From: Methanobacteriota archaeon
GTDB lineage: Archaea > Thermoplasmatota > E2 > DHVEG-1
Length of the DNA: 64,000 nt
Direction of reading: 5' to 3'
Assembly (NCBI GenBank): GCA_963769885.1
Contig: CAVYNH010000006.1
Coordinates: 288,001 to 352,000 of the forward strand
Under the pieces are notes generated by a model, which saw only the letters and a program-made list of their open reading frames with translations, was not told the DNA's origin and ran no database searches. This document shows, in pieces, positions 21,997 to 30,204 of the stretch. A program made the position numbers and the translations under genes. Position 1 is the stretch's first letter, and every line of letters begins with the position of its first letter.

Positions 21997-22548
21997 ATGC
22001 CGGAATACCATTGTACCGCCCCGGTTCCCCTCGATCAGATTCGCAATTTCAAAGCAGGCGACATCCTGTACCTGACCGGACGAATTTTCACGGCCCGGGA
22101 CAAAGCCCACGAACGACTTAGATCGCTGCCAGCAGCTAACGTCCCCAAAGAACTGAAAGGCTTCCCGCTCTACCATTGCGGGCCCCTGGCCCGCCAAGAG
22201 GATGGGAGATGGGTCGTGTTGTCTGCGGGACCGACCACGAGCCGGCGGATGGAGTCCTCGGAAGTCGAGGTTATGGAGAAGCTCGGAGTCTCGATGGTGA
22301 TCGGCAAGGGCGGGATGGGGTCGGCAACTGCGGTTGCCCTTCAACGACTCCCCGGGGTGTACTTGGCGTACACCGGCGGCGCGGGCGTCCTTGCCGCCCA
22401 GCAGATTACCAAGGTCCTTGACGTCCTCTGGCTCGATGACCTCGGGATGACGGATGCAATCTGGCTGTTGGAGGTCCGGGAGTTCGGCCCGCTCGTTGTC
22501 GCGATGGATGCACATGGCGCCTCCTTATACCCAAGAGAGACGGCGTAA
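21997..22548 (+). CDS. Fe-S fumarate hydratase beta subunit
   Basis: TARDKAH, YHCGP, AGPTTS.RME, IGKGG, FGPLVVAMDAHG. Confidence 0.92.
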   Translation: MPEYHCTAPVPLDQIRNFKAGDILYLTGRIFTARDKAHERLRSLPAANVPKELKGFPLYHCGPLARQEDGRWVVLSAGPTTSRRMESSEVEVMEKLGVSMVIGKGGMGSATAVALQRLPGVYLAYTGGAGVLAAQQITKVLDVLWLDDLGMTDAIWLLEVREFGPLVVAMDAHGASLYPRETA

Positions 22549-22801
22549 TTCCTAAGGGGCGTCCCGTATGTCTCAGAGTATGGGAAGCGTCGAGATGACG
22601 TGGTGGGGATGGTGCATGTGAAGGATCTGATTGAGGAGACGTTTGGGGAGAACACGGATGAGCATGATTGGGTGAGGGGGGTCGTGCTCGGGGGACGTAT
22701 GAGGGGATATGGGAGGGTGGGAAAAGTTGGCGGGGTGGCATTTGGTCGCGCTAGGTATTTAAGGAGGGAGTGTCAAAGTATATCATGGTGAGTTGAGAGC
22801 C

Positions 22802-22900
22802 ATGATTGAGATCATCATCGTTGGGGCTGCGGCCGCCGCGGGTGTGACGCTGCCGATCATCAACCCTGTGATCAACCCGGGGATTAACCCGAACCCCTAG
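22802..22900 (+). CDS. 32-aa INP-repeat peptide, candidate RiPP precursor
   Basis: MIEIIIVGAAAAAGVTLPIINPVINPGINPNP; TATTTAAG 22756-22763, GGTGA RBS; below the ORF-track cutoff. Confidence 0.6.
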   Translation: MIEIIIVGAAAAAGVTLPIINPVINPGINPNP

Positions 22901-22967
22901 CTGACTCACTCGTTGTTTCTTCCGTAGTCGTCTGGGGCTGGGGGTTTCTTTTCTTTTTTTTGTGGGT

Positions 22968-23948
22968 TTAGAAGAGTTTTGGGAGCCAGCGTTCGAGGTA
23001 GCTGTTTTCGGTGATCCAGAAGCTTTGTTTTTTGATGGCGTTGGGGAAGGTGCGGTCGATGTCCTCGAGGATGGTGCTGAGTTCGTTGACGTCTTTGACG
23101 ATGAACTCGGGTTCGATGTCGGCCCAACCGACGGAGACGTTGATGCAGTCCATGTAGGGTTTTGATTCAAGGTAGGTGATGATGGCTTTGCGGCTGTTGT
23201 GTTCTTTGAGGTGGATGTCGATTTTGAAGTGCTGCAGGCCGAGTTTGGCGAGGTCGATGTTGGTGCGGAAGCCTTGGATGACGCCTTTTTTGGTGAGGTT
23301 CTGCAGGCGGTAGTTGACGGATTGGGAGGAGCAGCCGAGCTTGGTGGCGAGGTCGATGACGGGGGCGCGGCCGTTGATGGCGAGCTCGTTGAGCAGGTGG
23401 TAGTCGGTCTCGTCGATGTCGGCGCCGGTGCCGCCGCAGGTGGAGGTGTACAGTTTCCGGTCTGAGTGGTCTGGGGCGGTGCCGAGGAGGTAGGAGCGTT
23501 TGTAGGAGTAGGCCTGGATGTAGATGCTGACGATGGCCCGGGAGAAGTAGTCCTCGTAGAGGTCCAGGGTCTTGTCCCAGAACCGGTAGAACTCGTAGAG
23601 GTCTTTGACCCAGACGATGACGGCCAGGTCGACCTCGCCGCGGTGGGATTTGACGGCCCAGGTGCTGTTGTAGTCGACGAAGTGCTTGATGATCTGGTTC
23701 TTCTTCTCGGTGCTGACGTATTGGAAGGTAATGTAGATGCGGAAGACGTTGTAGCCGAGCTTGAAGGTGTTGATTTCCGCGAGGAAGTTGCGGATGATGC
23801 CCTCGTCGCGCATCCGCTGGACGCGGTAGGAGACGACGTCTTTCTTCAACCCGACCTTCTTGCCGATTTGGGTGAACGACTGCCGTGAGTCGAGGTCGAG
23901 CTCGTAGAGAATCTTGCGGTCTTTGAGATCAAGCGGTGACTGCGTCAC
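22968..23948 (-). CDS. Tandem Lrp/AsnC family transcription regulator
   Basis: LDLKDRKILYELDLDSR...GII and IDETDYHLLNELAINGR...GVI, each followed by a RAM-like domain. Confidence 0.9.
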   Translation of the reverse strand: MTQSPLDLKDRKILYELDLDSRQSFTQIGKKVGLKKDVVSYRVQRMRDEGIIRNFLAEINTFKLGYNVFRIYITFQYVSTEKKNQIIKHFVDYNSTWAVKSHRGEVDLAVIVWVKDLYEFYRFWDKTLDLYEDYFSRAIVSIYIQAYSYKRSYLLGTAPDHSDRKLYTSTCGGTGADIDETDYHLLNELAINGRAPVIDLATKLGCSSQSVNYRLQNLTKKGVIQGFRTNIDLAKLGLQHFKIDIHLKEHNSRKAIITYLESKPYMDCINVSVGWADIEPEFIVKDVNELSTILEDIDRTFPNAIKKQSFWITENSYLERWLPKLF

Positions 23949-24090
23949 GTCCCCGTCAGGCCCCCAGGGAGATTTTCAACGAACGTGGAACGACCAGCGG
24001 GTATTTTAGAATTTTGAGGCAAAAACCGGGATACGGCATTTATGTACCATAATCAGGCTCTATCCACCAAGCACAGGAAGCTTGAGAGCC

Positions 24091-24303
24091 ATGCTCACTC
24101 CGACCACCAGACAAGAGACGAACACGATCGTGTACCACGCCGCCGTGACCTACACCGACGGGACCTCCGAGGTCTTCGACGCAATCCAGGTCACCGACCG
24201 CGGCCTCATCATCAGCCGCCTTCCGCCAGGCGACGGCGGGGAGCTCATCACCTTCGGCTTCATCCCCCGCCTCAGCGTCAAACACGTCGTCACCCTCCCC
24301 TAA
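24091..24303 (+). CDS. 70-aa beta-rich hypothetical protein
   Basis: Coding-like codon use; shares TTGAGAGCCATG start context with the 22802 peptide. Confidence 0.7.
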   Translation: MLTPTTRQETNTIVYHAAVTYTDGTSEVFDAIQVTDRGLIISRLPPGDGGELITFGFIPRLSVKHVVTLP

Positions 24304-24360
24304 CCCCAGACAAGGTTAACTTTAAAACCCAGCACCAGATTTGATTCCCCCAAGGATCGG

Positions 24361-26265
24361 ATGCCAACTACACCAAAATCAGTGCTTCTCGTGGCCATGC
24401 CCTATGCCGGCATCATGATCCCCTCGATCCAGCTCGCCACCCTCCAAGCCTACCTCCAGGCCCACGACATCCCCGCCCAGACCCGCCACCTCTACCTCAC
24501 CGCCGCCGACACCTACGGCCTCACCGCCTACCACGCCCTCATCTACCCCCCCAGCGACTCCTACACCGCCCAGCTCGCCTACACCCGCTACCTCTTCCCC
24601 GACCACTGGCACCACCACCACGAGAAAATCAAGGACCACTACGACGCCACCATCAACAAACACCACACCGCCCCCACATTCGACGACTACCTCCACCACA
24701 CAGACGACTTCTACCACCACGCCCTCGACCACCTCGACTGGCACCATTTCGACCTCATCGGCTTCACCCTCAACTACGGCCAACTCCTCCCCTCTCTCGC
24801 CATCGCACAGCATATCAAAACCCAAGACCCCACCAAAACCATCATCATGGGAGGAAGCCGCACCACCGGCGACCTCGGCACCGCCGCCCTCACCGCCTTC
24901 CCCCAAATCGACTACATCGTCTCCGGCGACGGCGAAGAACCACTCCGCCTCCTCGCCACCGACCACGACCCCACCACCATCCCCGGACTCATCCACAGAA
25001 AAGACGGCAAACCCCACTGGAACACGACCAGATCAGACCTCGACCTTGCAGACTTTCCCATCCCCACCCACGACGACTTCTTCACCCACCTCCGCCACTG
25101 CGGTAGCGAACTCCAGCAGTTCTTCCACTACTCCGGCCGCCTCCCCGTCGAAATCTCCCGCGGCTGCTGGTGGAACCACTGTACCTTCTGCAACCTCAAC
25201 CTCCAACACCCCCGCTACCGCGAAAAACCCATCCCCACCATCATCACCGAGATCCAGACCCTCGCCGATCGCCACCACCTCCTCGACTTCCACCTCATCG
25301 GCAACACCCTCCCCAAAACCCAATCAAGAGAATTCTTCACCCGCCTCCGCGACCTCGGACGCGACTACACCTTCTTCGCCGAAGCCCGTGCCGGACACCT
25401 CACCAGCGACGACTACCGCCTCATGAGAGACGCAGGATTCGCTACCATTCAAACCGGCATCGAATCCTTCAGCCACCACTACCTCCGTACTATGAACAAA
25501 GGCACCCGCGTCATCGACAACATCGCCGCCCTCAAACACAGCACCCAACACGGCATCCACAACACCTACAACCTCCTCACCAACTACCCCAACGAGACAC
25601 CCACCGACTACCAAGAAACCAAAGACGTCGCCGCCCTCCTCAAGGCCTACCTCGACCCCCCACAACCCTGCCCCCTCCAACTCATGCACGGCAGCCCCAT
25701 CCACCGCAATCCCCGCCGCTACAACATCCAACGCCTCCAGCCCACCACCCTCGACCGCCTTATGTACCCACCCGGCATCCTCGCCACCGCCATCTCCTTC
25801 TTCTACGACTACACCACCGCCACACCCACACCAACCCACGACTGGGGCGCCCTCATCACCGACTGGAAACACACCCGCGACGCCGCCCAGACCCGCGCCC
25901 TCGCCACCCGCGCCGCCACCGACCGACTGGTCTTCTACAGCGTCGACGGCGGAAGCTTCATGAAAGTCTACGACCGCCGCGACCCCAGCCACATCCGCAT
26001 CCTCGACCTCAACCGCCTCGAACGAGACATCCTCCTCGCCTGCACCGACATCACCACCTACCCCCAACTCCAACGACGGTTCCCGGACATCCCCGACTTC
26101 AAACTCGCCGCCGTCCTCCAATCCTTCGAACACGCCGGCATCGTCTACCGCGAAGACGACGCCTACCTCAGCCTCCCACTTCGACTCACCACTCCGGAGA
26201 TTCGATCAAGGACAGAACAGCCAGATTCTACCCCTAACCCTGTTCCCATAAGCATCAGCCACTGA
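24361..26265 (+). CDS. Cobalamin-dependent radical SAM, RiPP-maturation C-methyltransferase type (TIGR03975-like)
   Basis: VLLVAMP...PSIQL N-terminus, B12 domain, EISRGCWWNHCTFC, IQTGIESFS, MNKG; C-terminal wHTH. Confidence 0.85.
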   Translation: MPTTPKSVLLVAMPYAGIMIPSIQLATLQAYLQAHDIPAQTRHLYLTAADTYGLTAYHALIYPPSDSYTAQLAYTRYLFPDHWHHHHEKIKDHYDATINKHHTAPTFDDYLHHTDDFYHHALDHLDWHHFDLIGFTLNYGQLLPSLAIAQHIKTQDPTKTIIMGGSRTTGDLGTAALTAFPQIDYIVSGDGEEPLRLLATDHDPTTIPGLIHRKDGKPHWNTTRSDLDLADFPIPTHDDFFTHLRHCGSELQQFFHYSGRLPVEISRGCWWNHCTFCNLNLQHPRYREKPIPTIITEIQTLADRHHLLDFHLIGNTLPKTQSREFFTRLRDLGRDYTFFAEARAGHLTSDDYRLMRDAGFATIQTGIESFSHHYLRTMNKGTRVIDNIAALKHSTQHGIHNTYNLLTNYPNETPTDYQETKDVAALLKAYLDPPQPCPLQLMHGSPIHRNPRRYNIQRLQPTTLDRLMYPPGILATAISFFYDYTTATPTPTHDWGALITDWKHTRDAAQTRALATRAATDRLVFYSVDGGSFMKVYDRRDPSHIRILDLNRLERDILLACTDITTYPQLQRRFPDIPDFKLAAVLQSFEHAGIVYREDDAYLSLPLRLTTPEIRSRTEQPDSTPNPVPISISH

Positions 26266-26412
26266 CAAAAAACCTCCCTCTCCTGAAAGCCCCCCTTTTT
26301 TCAGCCGTTTCCGACAAACCTCCACAAACACCCCCCTTTTCAGAATTTTAACGGATTTTCTCGGAGACGGGCTTTATGTTTCCACCCCTCGTTGTTGGGA
26401 CTGAGGGAAAAA

Positions 26413-26502
26413 ATGACGTCTCAGGACCGCCTCCCCAAAAACGTCCCCGCAATTCCGGCTTTTCAGGCGGATCCTGAGACAATCTCAGGGAGGGATGAAT
26501 AA
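26413..26502 (+). promoter_or_regulatory. Structured leader with a 29-codon uORF and alternative hairpins
   Basis: GTCTCAGGA-CCGCCT pairs with AGGCGG-A-TCCTGAGAC; competing CCTGAGA/TCTCAGG abuts GGAGG. Confidence 0.45.
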
Positions 26503-26504
26503 CC

Positions 26505-27098
26505 ATGGAATACTTCTTTATCCTATCGTTTTTAGTCCTGGGCGCCGGAATCAAGTTCATCGATGCCGCTTACGACGAACACGCCTTCAGCAAACGCTTC
26601 GCACTCCTCGCCGCGCCACTCCTCGGCATCCTCTGGGCCTACACCATGTACATCGACGCGGCCTCAGCCACGATCCTCTGCGCCATCCTCGCCGGCGTCC
26701 TTCTCAAAGGAAAAATCGACAACTGGGCACACCTCGCGGGCCTGGGAGTGATCGGCGGAGTATTACTCGTGTCTGGGGTAAAACTCCTCATCCTCCCCCT
26801 CATAATACTCGCCGCCGCCGCCCTCATCGACGAAATCGGCAACGACGCCATCGACAAACGCCGCAGCCGCCTCCAACACAAGGGAACAGCCGGCACCGCC
26901 CTCCTCCTCTTCTTCGACCACCGCTGGACCCTCAAAGTCGCAATCCTCGGCCTGGCCACCATCAGCATGATCCCCCTGCTGTTCTTCTTCGCGATGCTCT
27001 GCTTCGACTATGCGTACCTCGGGATGCGCCACTACAGCGAATTCCGCCTCAGCCGACTCCCCAGCCACGCCACCACCCCGGGATCAACCGTGGCCTAA
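26505..27098 (+). CDS. Multi-pass membrane protein, paralog 1
   Basis: GAGIKFIDAAYDE, KGKIDN, DEIGND, FFDHRW, FDYAY. Confidence 0.85.
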   Translation: MEYFFILSFLVLGAGIKFIDAAYDEHAFSKRFALLAAPLLGILWAYTMYIDAASATILCAILAGVLLKGKIDNWAHLAGLGVIGGVLLVSGVKLLILPLIILAAAALIDEIGNDAIDKRRSRLQHKGTAGTALLLFFDHRWTLKVAILGLATISMIPLLFFFAMLCFDYAYLGMRHYSEFRLSRLPSHATTPGSTVA

Positions 27099-27220
27099 GC
27101 GCCATCAATGCGTACACACCTGCGTATCCATCTGGTACAAACCTAGATAAAAACCACGTAAAATAGAACAAGCCGCGGAAACGGGACGCAAAGGAAAAGG
27201 AGAGGAAACAACTGGACCTG

Positions 27221-27796
27221 ATGTATCTTGTGCTCATGGCATTCCCTATTCTTGGGGCAGGCATCAAGTTCATTGACGACGCCTTCGATGAACGGACCTT
27301 CAACAAGGCCTTTGCTATCATCCTTGCTCCACTCATGGGAATCCTCTGGGCTTATACCATGATCCAGGACCCCATCGCCGCCACGATCCTGCTCGCGGTC
27401 GTCCTCGGCGTCTTCCTCAAAGGTAAAATCGACAACGTCGCTCACGGCCTCGGGCTCGCTGTCATCATGGTGATCGTCATCCTCGCAGGCATACAACTCC
27501 TCTATCTCCCCCTTGTCCTGCTCATCGCCGCGGCCGTCCTTGACGAGGTCGGCAACGACGTCGTGGACTACAACCGAGGTGTTCTGAACGGGCATTTCAC
27601 CCACCGGGCCGTTATCGTCTTCTTCGATCAACGATGGCTCACCAAGCTGACGATTCTCTATGTCGTCCTACTCGGCATCTTCCCCTGGTACTACTTCCTG
27701 GCGATGCTGCTCTTCGACGGCGCTTATCTCGTCGTCCGCATGTACAGCAAGGCGCGCCAGGTGCAACTGGCGACCATCACAGGAGCAGCAACATAA
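27221..27796 (+). CDS. Multi-pass membrane protein, paralog 2 (start possibly CTG 27212)
   Basis: GAGIKFIDDAFDE, KGKIDN, DEVGND, FFDQRW, FDGAY. Confidence 0.85.
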   Translation: MYLVLMAFPILGAGIKFIDDAFDERTFNKAFAIILAPLMGILWAYTMIQDPIAATILLAVVLGVFLKGKIDNVAHGLGLAVIMVIVILAGIQLLYLPLVLLIAAAVLDEVGNDVVDYNRGVLNGHFTHRAVIVFFDQRWLTKLTILYVVLLGIFPWYYFLAMLLFDGAYLVVRMYSKARQVQLATITGAAT

Positions 27797-27914
27797 CCTT
27801 GACGCTGCCGAGTGGGGATCGCTTCGCGCACTTAACATTTTTACTAAGAAACCGAAGAAAAAACCAGAGGGAATTATTATAATCTTTTTACGGTTTCTTT
27901 GTCAAGTGAGGATA

Positions 27915-29006
27915 ATGGAAATTAAGTGCGATGTTCTTGTGGTTGGAGGAGGGCCAGCGGGGTTATCAGCGTCGATTCTTTGTGGAAAGAAAGGACTCTC
28001 GACACTTGTCATTGAAAAGAAGAACTTAGGGGGACCCGATCAGACTTCATACGATATAACTGAAGGGAATAGCATCCAGAATATATTACCAGTACTCAAC
28101 ATTACGCCTCATAAAATATCCTCGATTTCCGAATGGAATTCTCCTCATCATCGATTCATCTTGGATTCAAATATTCAAGACTACTACTTTAAAAGAGGTC
28201 CTGAAACCGATTCTTTGGAAAATCAACTCCTTTCCGAGGCTGTGAAAAACGATGTGAAAGTCTTCTTCAACGTATCTTCGCTTTCCCTGTCCATCAGCCA
28301 CAACAATGTTCATTCAGTGACTCTAAACAAAAAACACATGAAGATTGTTCCTCGATATCTTATTGCCGCAGATGGGCCATTTTCAACGGTTAGACAAAGA
28401 CTAAAAACTAAAGTCAAAAAAATCGCGGTCTTTGAAGGATTCGGGGCTGTGTTTCAAACAAAATCGAGCCTGGAACTTCCTCACGCAAAAATTTATTTTG
28501 ATCAGAGATTTTCTCCGGGCGGTTATATATATTCAGGTCGAGTTGGTTCGGATATTTTTTATTGCATTGTCATCGACAAGGCTTCTGCACAAGGAATGAA
28601 TCTTAAATCAAATCTCAGACGCTTTTTGAAAAAACAACACATTGATTATCCTGCTATTAGAACCTATTTTCGAGGCCAGGGAATAGCGGGATTCCAAAAA
28701 GGAGTCATTGGTAATACCCTATTCGTTGGAGGCGCTGCTCATCTGTACGATCCCTTTCTTGGATACGGGTTGAACTTCGCCATGGAATCAGGTTCCACTG
28801 CAGCTCATGCAATCATCAATGATAATGTTCTTCACTATACCCGTTATATTAATACAATCACGACAAGGTTTCGAAAACGCTGTAAGGCAAGAGACATATG
28901 GAAAAAGGCCGATAATGATTTCTTTGATAATCTCATTCAATCCTTTGAAGGTCAAGGTAAAAAGGATAAAAACATCAATGAGATTTTAAAAATGTTTGAG
29001 GAGTAG
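27915..29006 (+). CDS. Divergent GGR-family FAD oxidoreductase
   Basis: CDVLVVGGGPAG, AADG, VGGAA..DPFLGYG; low GC. Confidence 0.8.
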   Translation: MEIKCDVLVVGGGPAGLSASILCGKKGLSTLVIEKKNLGGPDQTSYDITEGNSIQNILPVLNITPHKISSISEWNSPHHRFILDSNIQDYYFKRGPETDSLENQLLSEAVKNDVKVFFNVSSLSLSISHNNVHSVTLNKKHMKIVPRYLIAADGPFSTVRQRLKTKVKKIAVFEGFGAVFQTKSSLELPHAKIYFDQRFSPGGYIYSGRVGSDIFYCIVIDKASAQGMNLKSNLRRFLKKQHIDYPAIRTYFRGQGIAGFQKGVIGNTLFVGGAAHLYDPFLGYGLNFAMESGSTAAHAIINDNVLHYTRYINTITTRFRKRCKARDIWKKADNDFFDNLIQSFEGQGKKDKNINEILKMFEE

Positions 29007-29025
29007 CCGTGTTCCTCGTGGTCGT

Positions 29026-30204
29026 ATGAGAAAAATACAATGTGATGTCTTGGTTATCGGTGCCGGCCCTGCAGGTAGCTCAGCCGCGTGGTCATCGGCA
29101 AAGGAACACCTCGATACGATAATCATTGACAAAAAAAGGGTACCTGGTAAGGACGCCTGCGCAGAAACACTCAGCAAGGCGTTTCTTGGATATCTCCCAT
29201 TCAAAATTCCCAGCAGGTTTTTGAAATGGCCACTGGACGGCCTAGAGTTCTATTATAAGGATTTCCACATTACCAGGAACGAGGATATCTGGTGGAAATC
29301 GTATCCATTGAACAGAAAAGAATTCGACCCCTATCTCCTCGACGTCGCCATACGGCAAGGCGCGCACTATCGTCCACGTACCAAGTTTATCTCATTGAAG
29401 CATGATAGAAATTTCAAGGTAAACGAGGTCGTGGTTAAGGATCTTGATAAGAACAGAAAGATAACGATACAACCTAGGGTCGTCATTGCAGCCGATGGCG
29501 TTCAGTCCAATGTTTTGAAAGCCATTGGAAAGACAACACCACAAAAAACCGCCATGGGGTACATTAAAAGTTACGAGTATCATAACCTGAAACTAGAAAA
29601 CGCGCACTATGGACATATTTATTTTGGGGCATTTGCTGAAGGGGCGTATGCGTACATTTTCCCAAAAAGTGAGACGATAGCAAACATCGGGATTGCAACG
29701 CTTAGCCCGTACCACCTTGAATCAAAATTCAACACGTTCCTCAAGATTATATCCAAGCAGTTACAGGGATCGAAAAAAGCAGTCGACCGTAGTGGGAAAG
29801 CCCCGATAAAAAATCCGTCGAAGAAAGTCGTCTATGGGACTATCATTTTTGCTGGTGATTCAGCGAATCAAAATCTCAAACCATTTGTGGAAGGCATCCA
29901 ACCCGGCATTATCTGCGGCGCGTTCGCAGGAAAAGCTGCAGCAGACTATCTTCGAACACAGAAGAAATTAGATGCAACCTACGCGAGGTTGATCAATGAA
30001 AAGATGGGGAAGCTTTTCTTAGAATCAGACGCTATAGGATCGGAATTAGTGTCATCGTACGAACAGAAAAATAAACTTAGGTTCCTTCAGGAAATCGCTA
30101 TGTTTTCCTATGCTTTAAACGATGACGATATGAGAAAAATAAAAAAATTGGACGAGCATCAAGCGCAGCTTTTCCTTGAAGAAAAATTACGTTCCAAAAT
30201 TTAA
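29026..30204 (+). CDS. GGR-family FAD oxidoreductase
   Basis: CDVLVIGAGPAG, DACAE, RKEFD, AADG, YAYIFP, AGDSA; low GC. Confidence 0.85.
   Translation: MRKIQCDVLVIGAGPAGSSAAWSSAKEHLDTIIIDKKRVPGKDACAETLSKAFLGYLPFKIPSRFLKWPLDGLEFYYKDFHITRNEDIWWKSYPLNRKEFDPYLLDVAIRQGAHYRPRTKFISLKHDRNFKVNEVVVKDLDKNRKITIQPRVVIAADGVQSNVLKAIGKTTPQKTAMGYIKSYEYHNLKLENAHYGHIYFGAFAEGAYAYIFPKSETIANIGIATLSPYHLESKFNTFLKIISKQLQGSKKAVDRSGKAPIKNPSKKVVYGTIIFAGDSANQNLKPFVEGIQPGIICGAFAGKAAADYLRTQKKLDATYARLINEKMGKLFLESDAIGSELVSSYEQKNKLRFLQEIAMFSYALNDDDMRKIKKLDEHQAQLFLEEKLRSKI

Noticed and set aside
22600-22791. 63-aa + strand ORF before the INP peptide
   Set aside because: Runs through the peptide's TATA box and becomes Gly/Val low-complexity in a G-skewed tract; no independent support
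24580-24760. His-rich tract as a metal-binding site in the radical SAM
   Set aside because: His/Thr/Pro enrichment tracks the local C/A skew and also appears in ThiDN and fumarase
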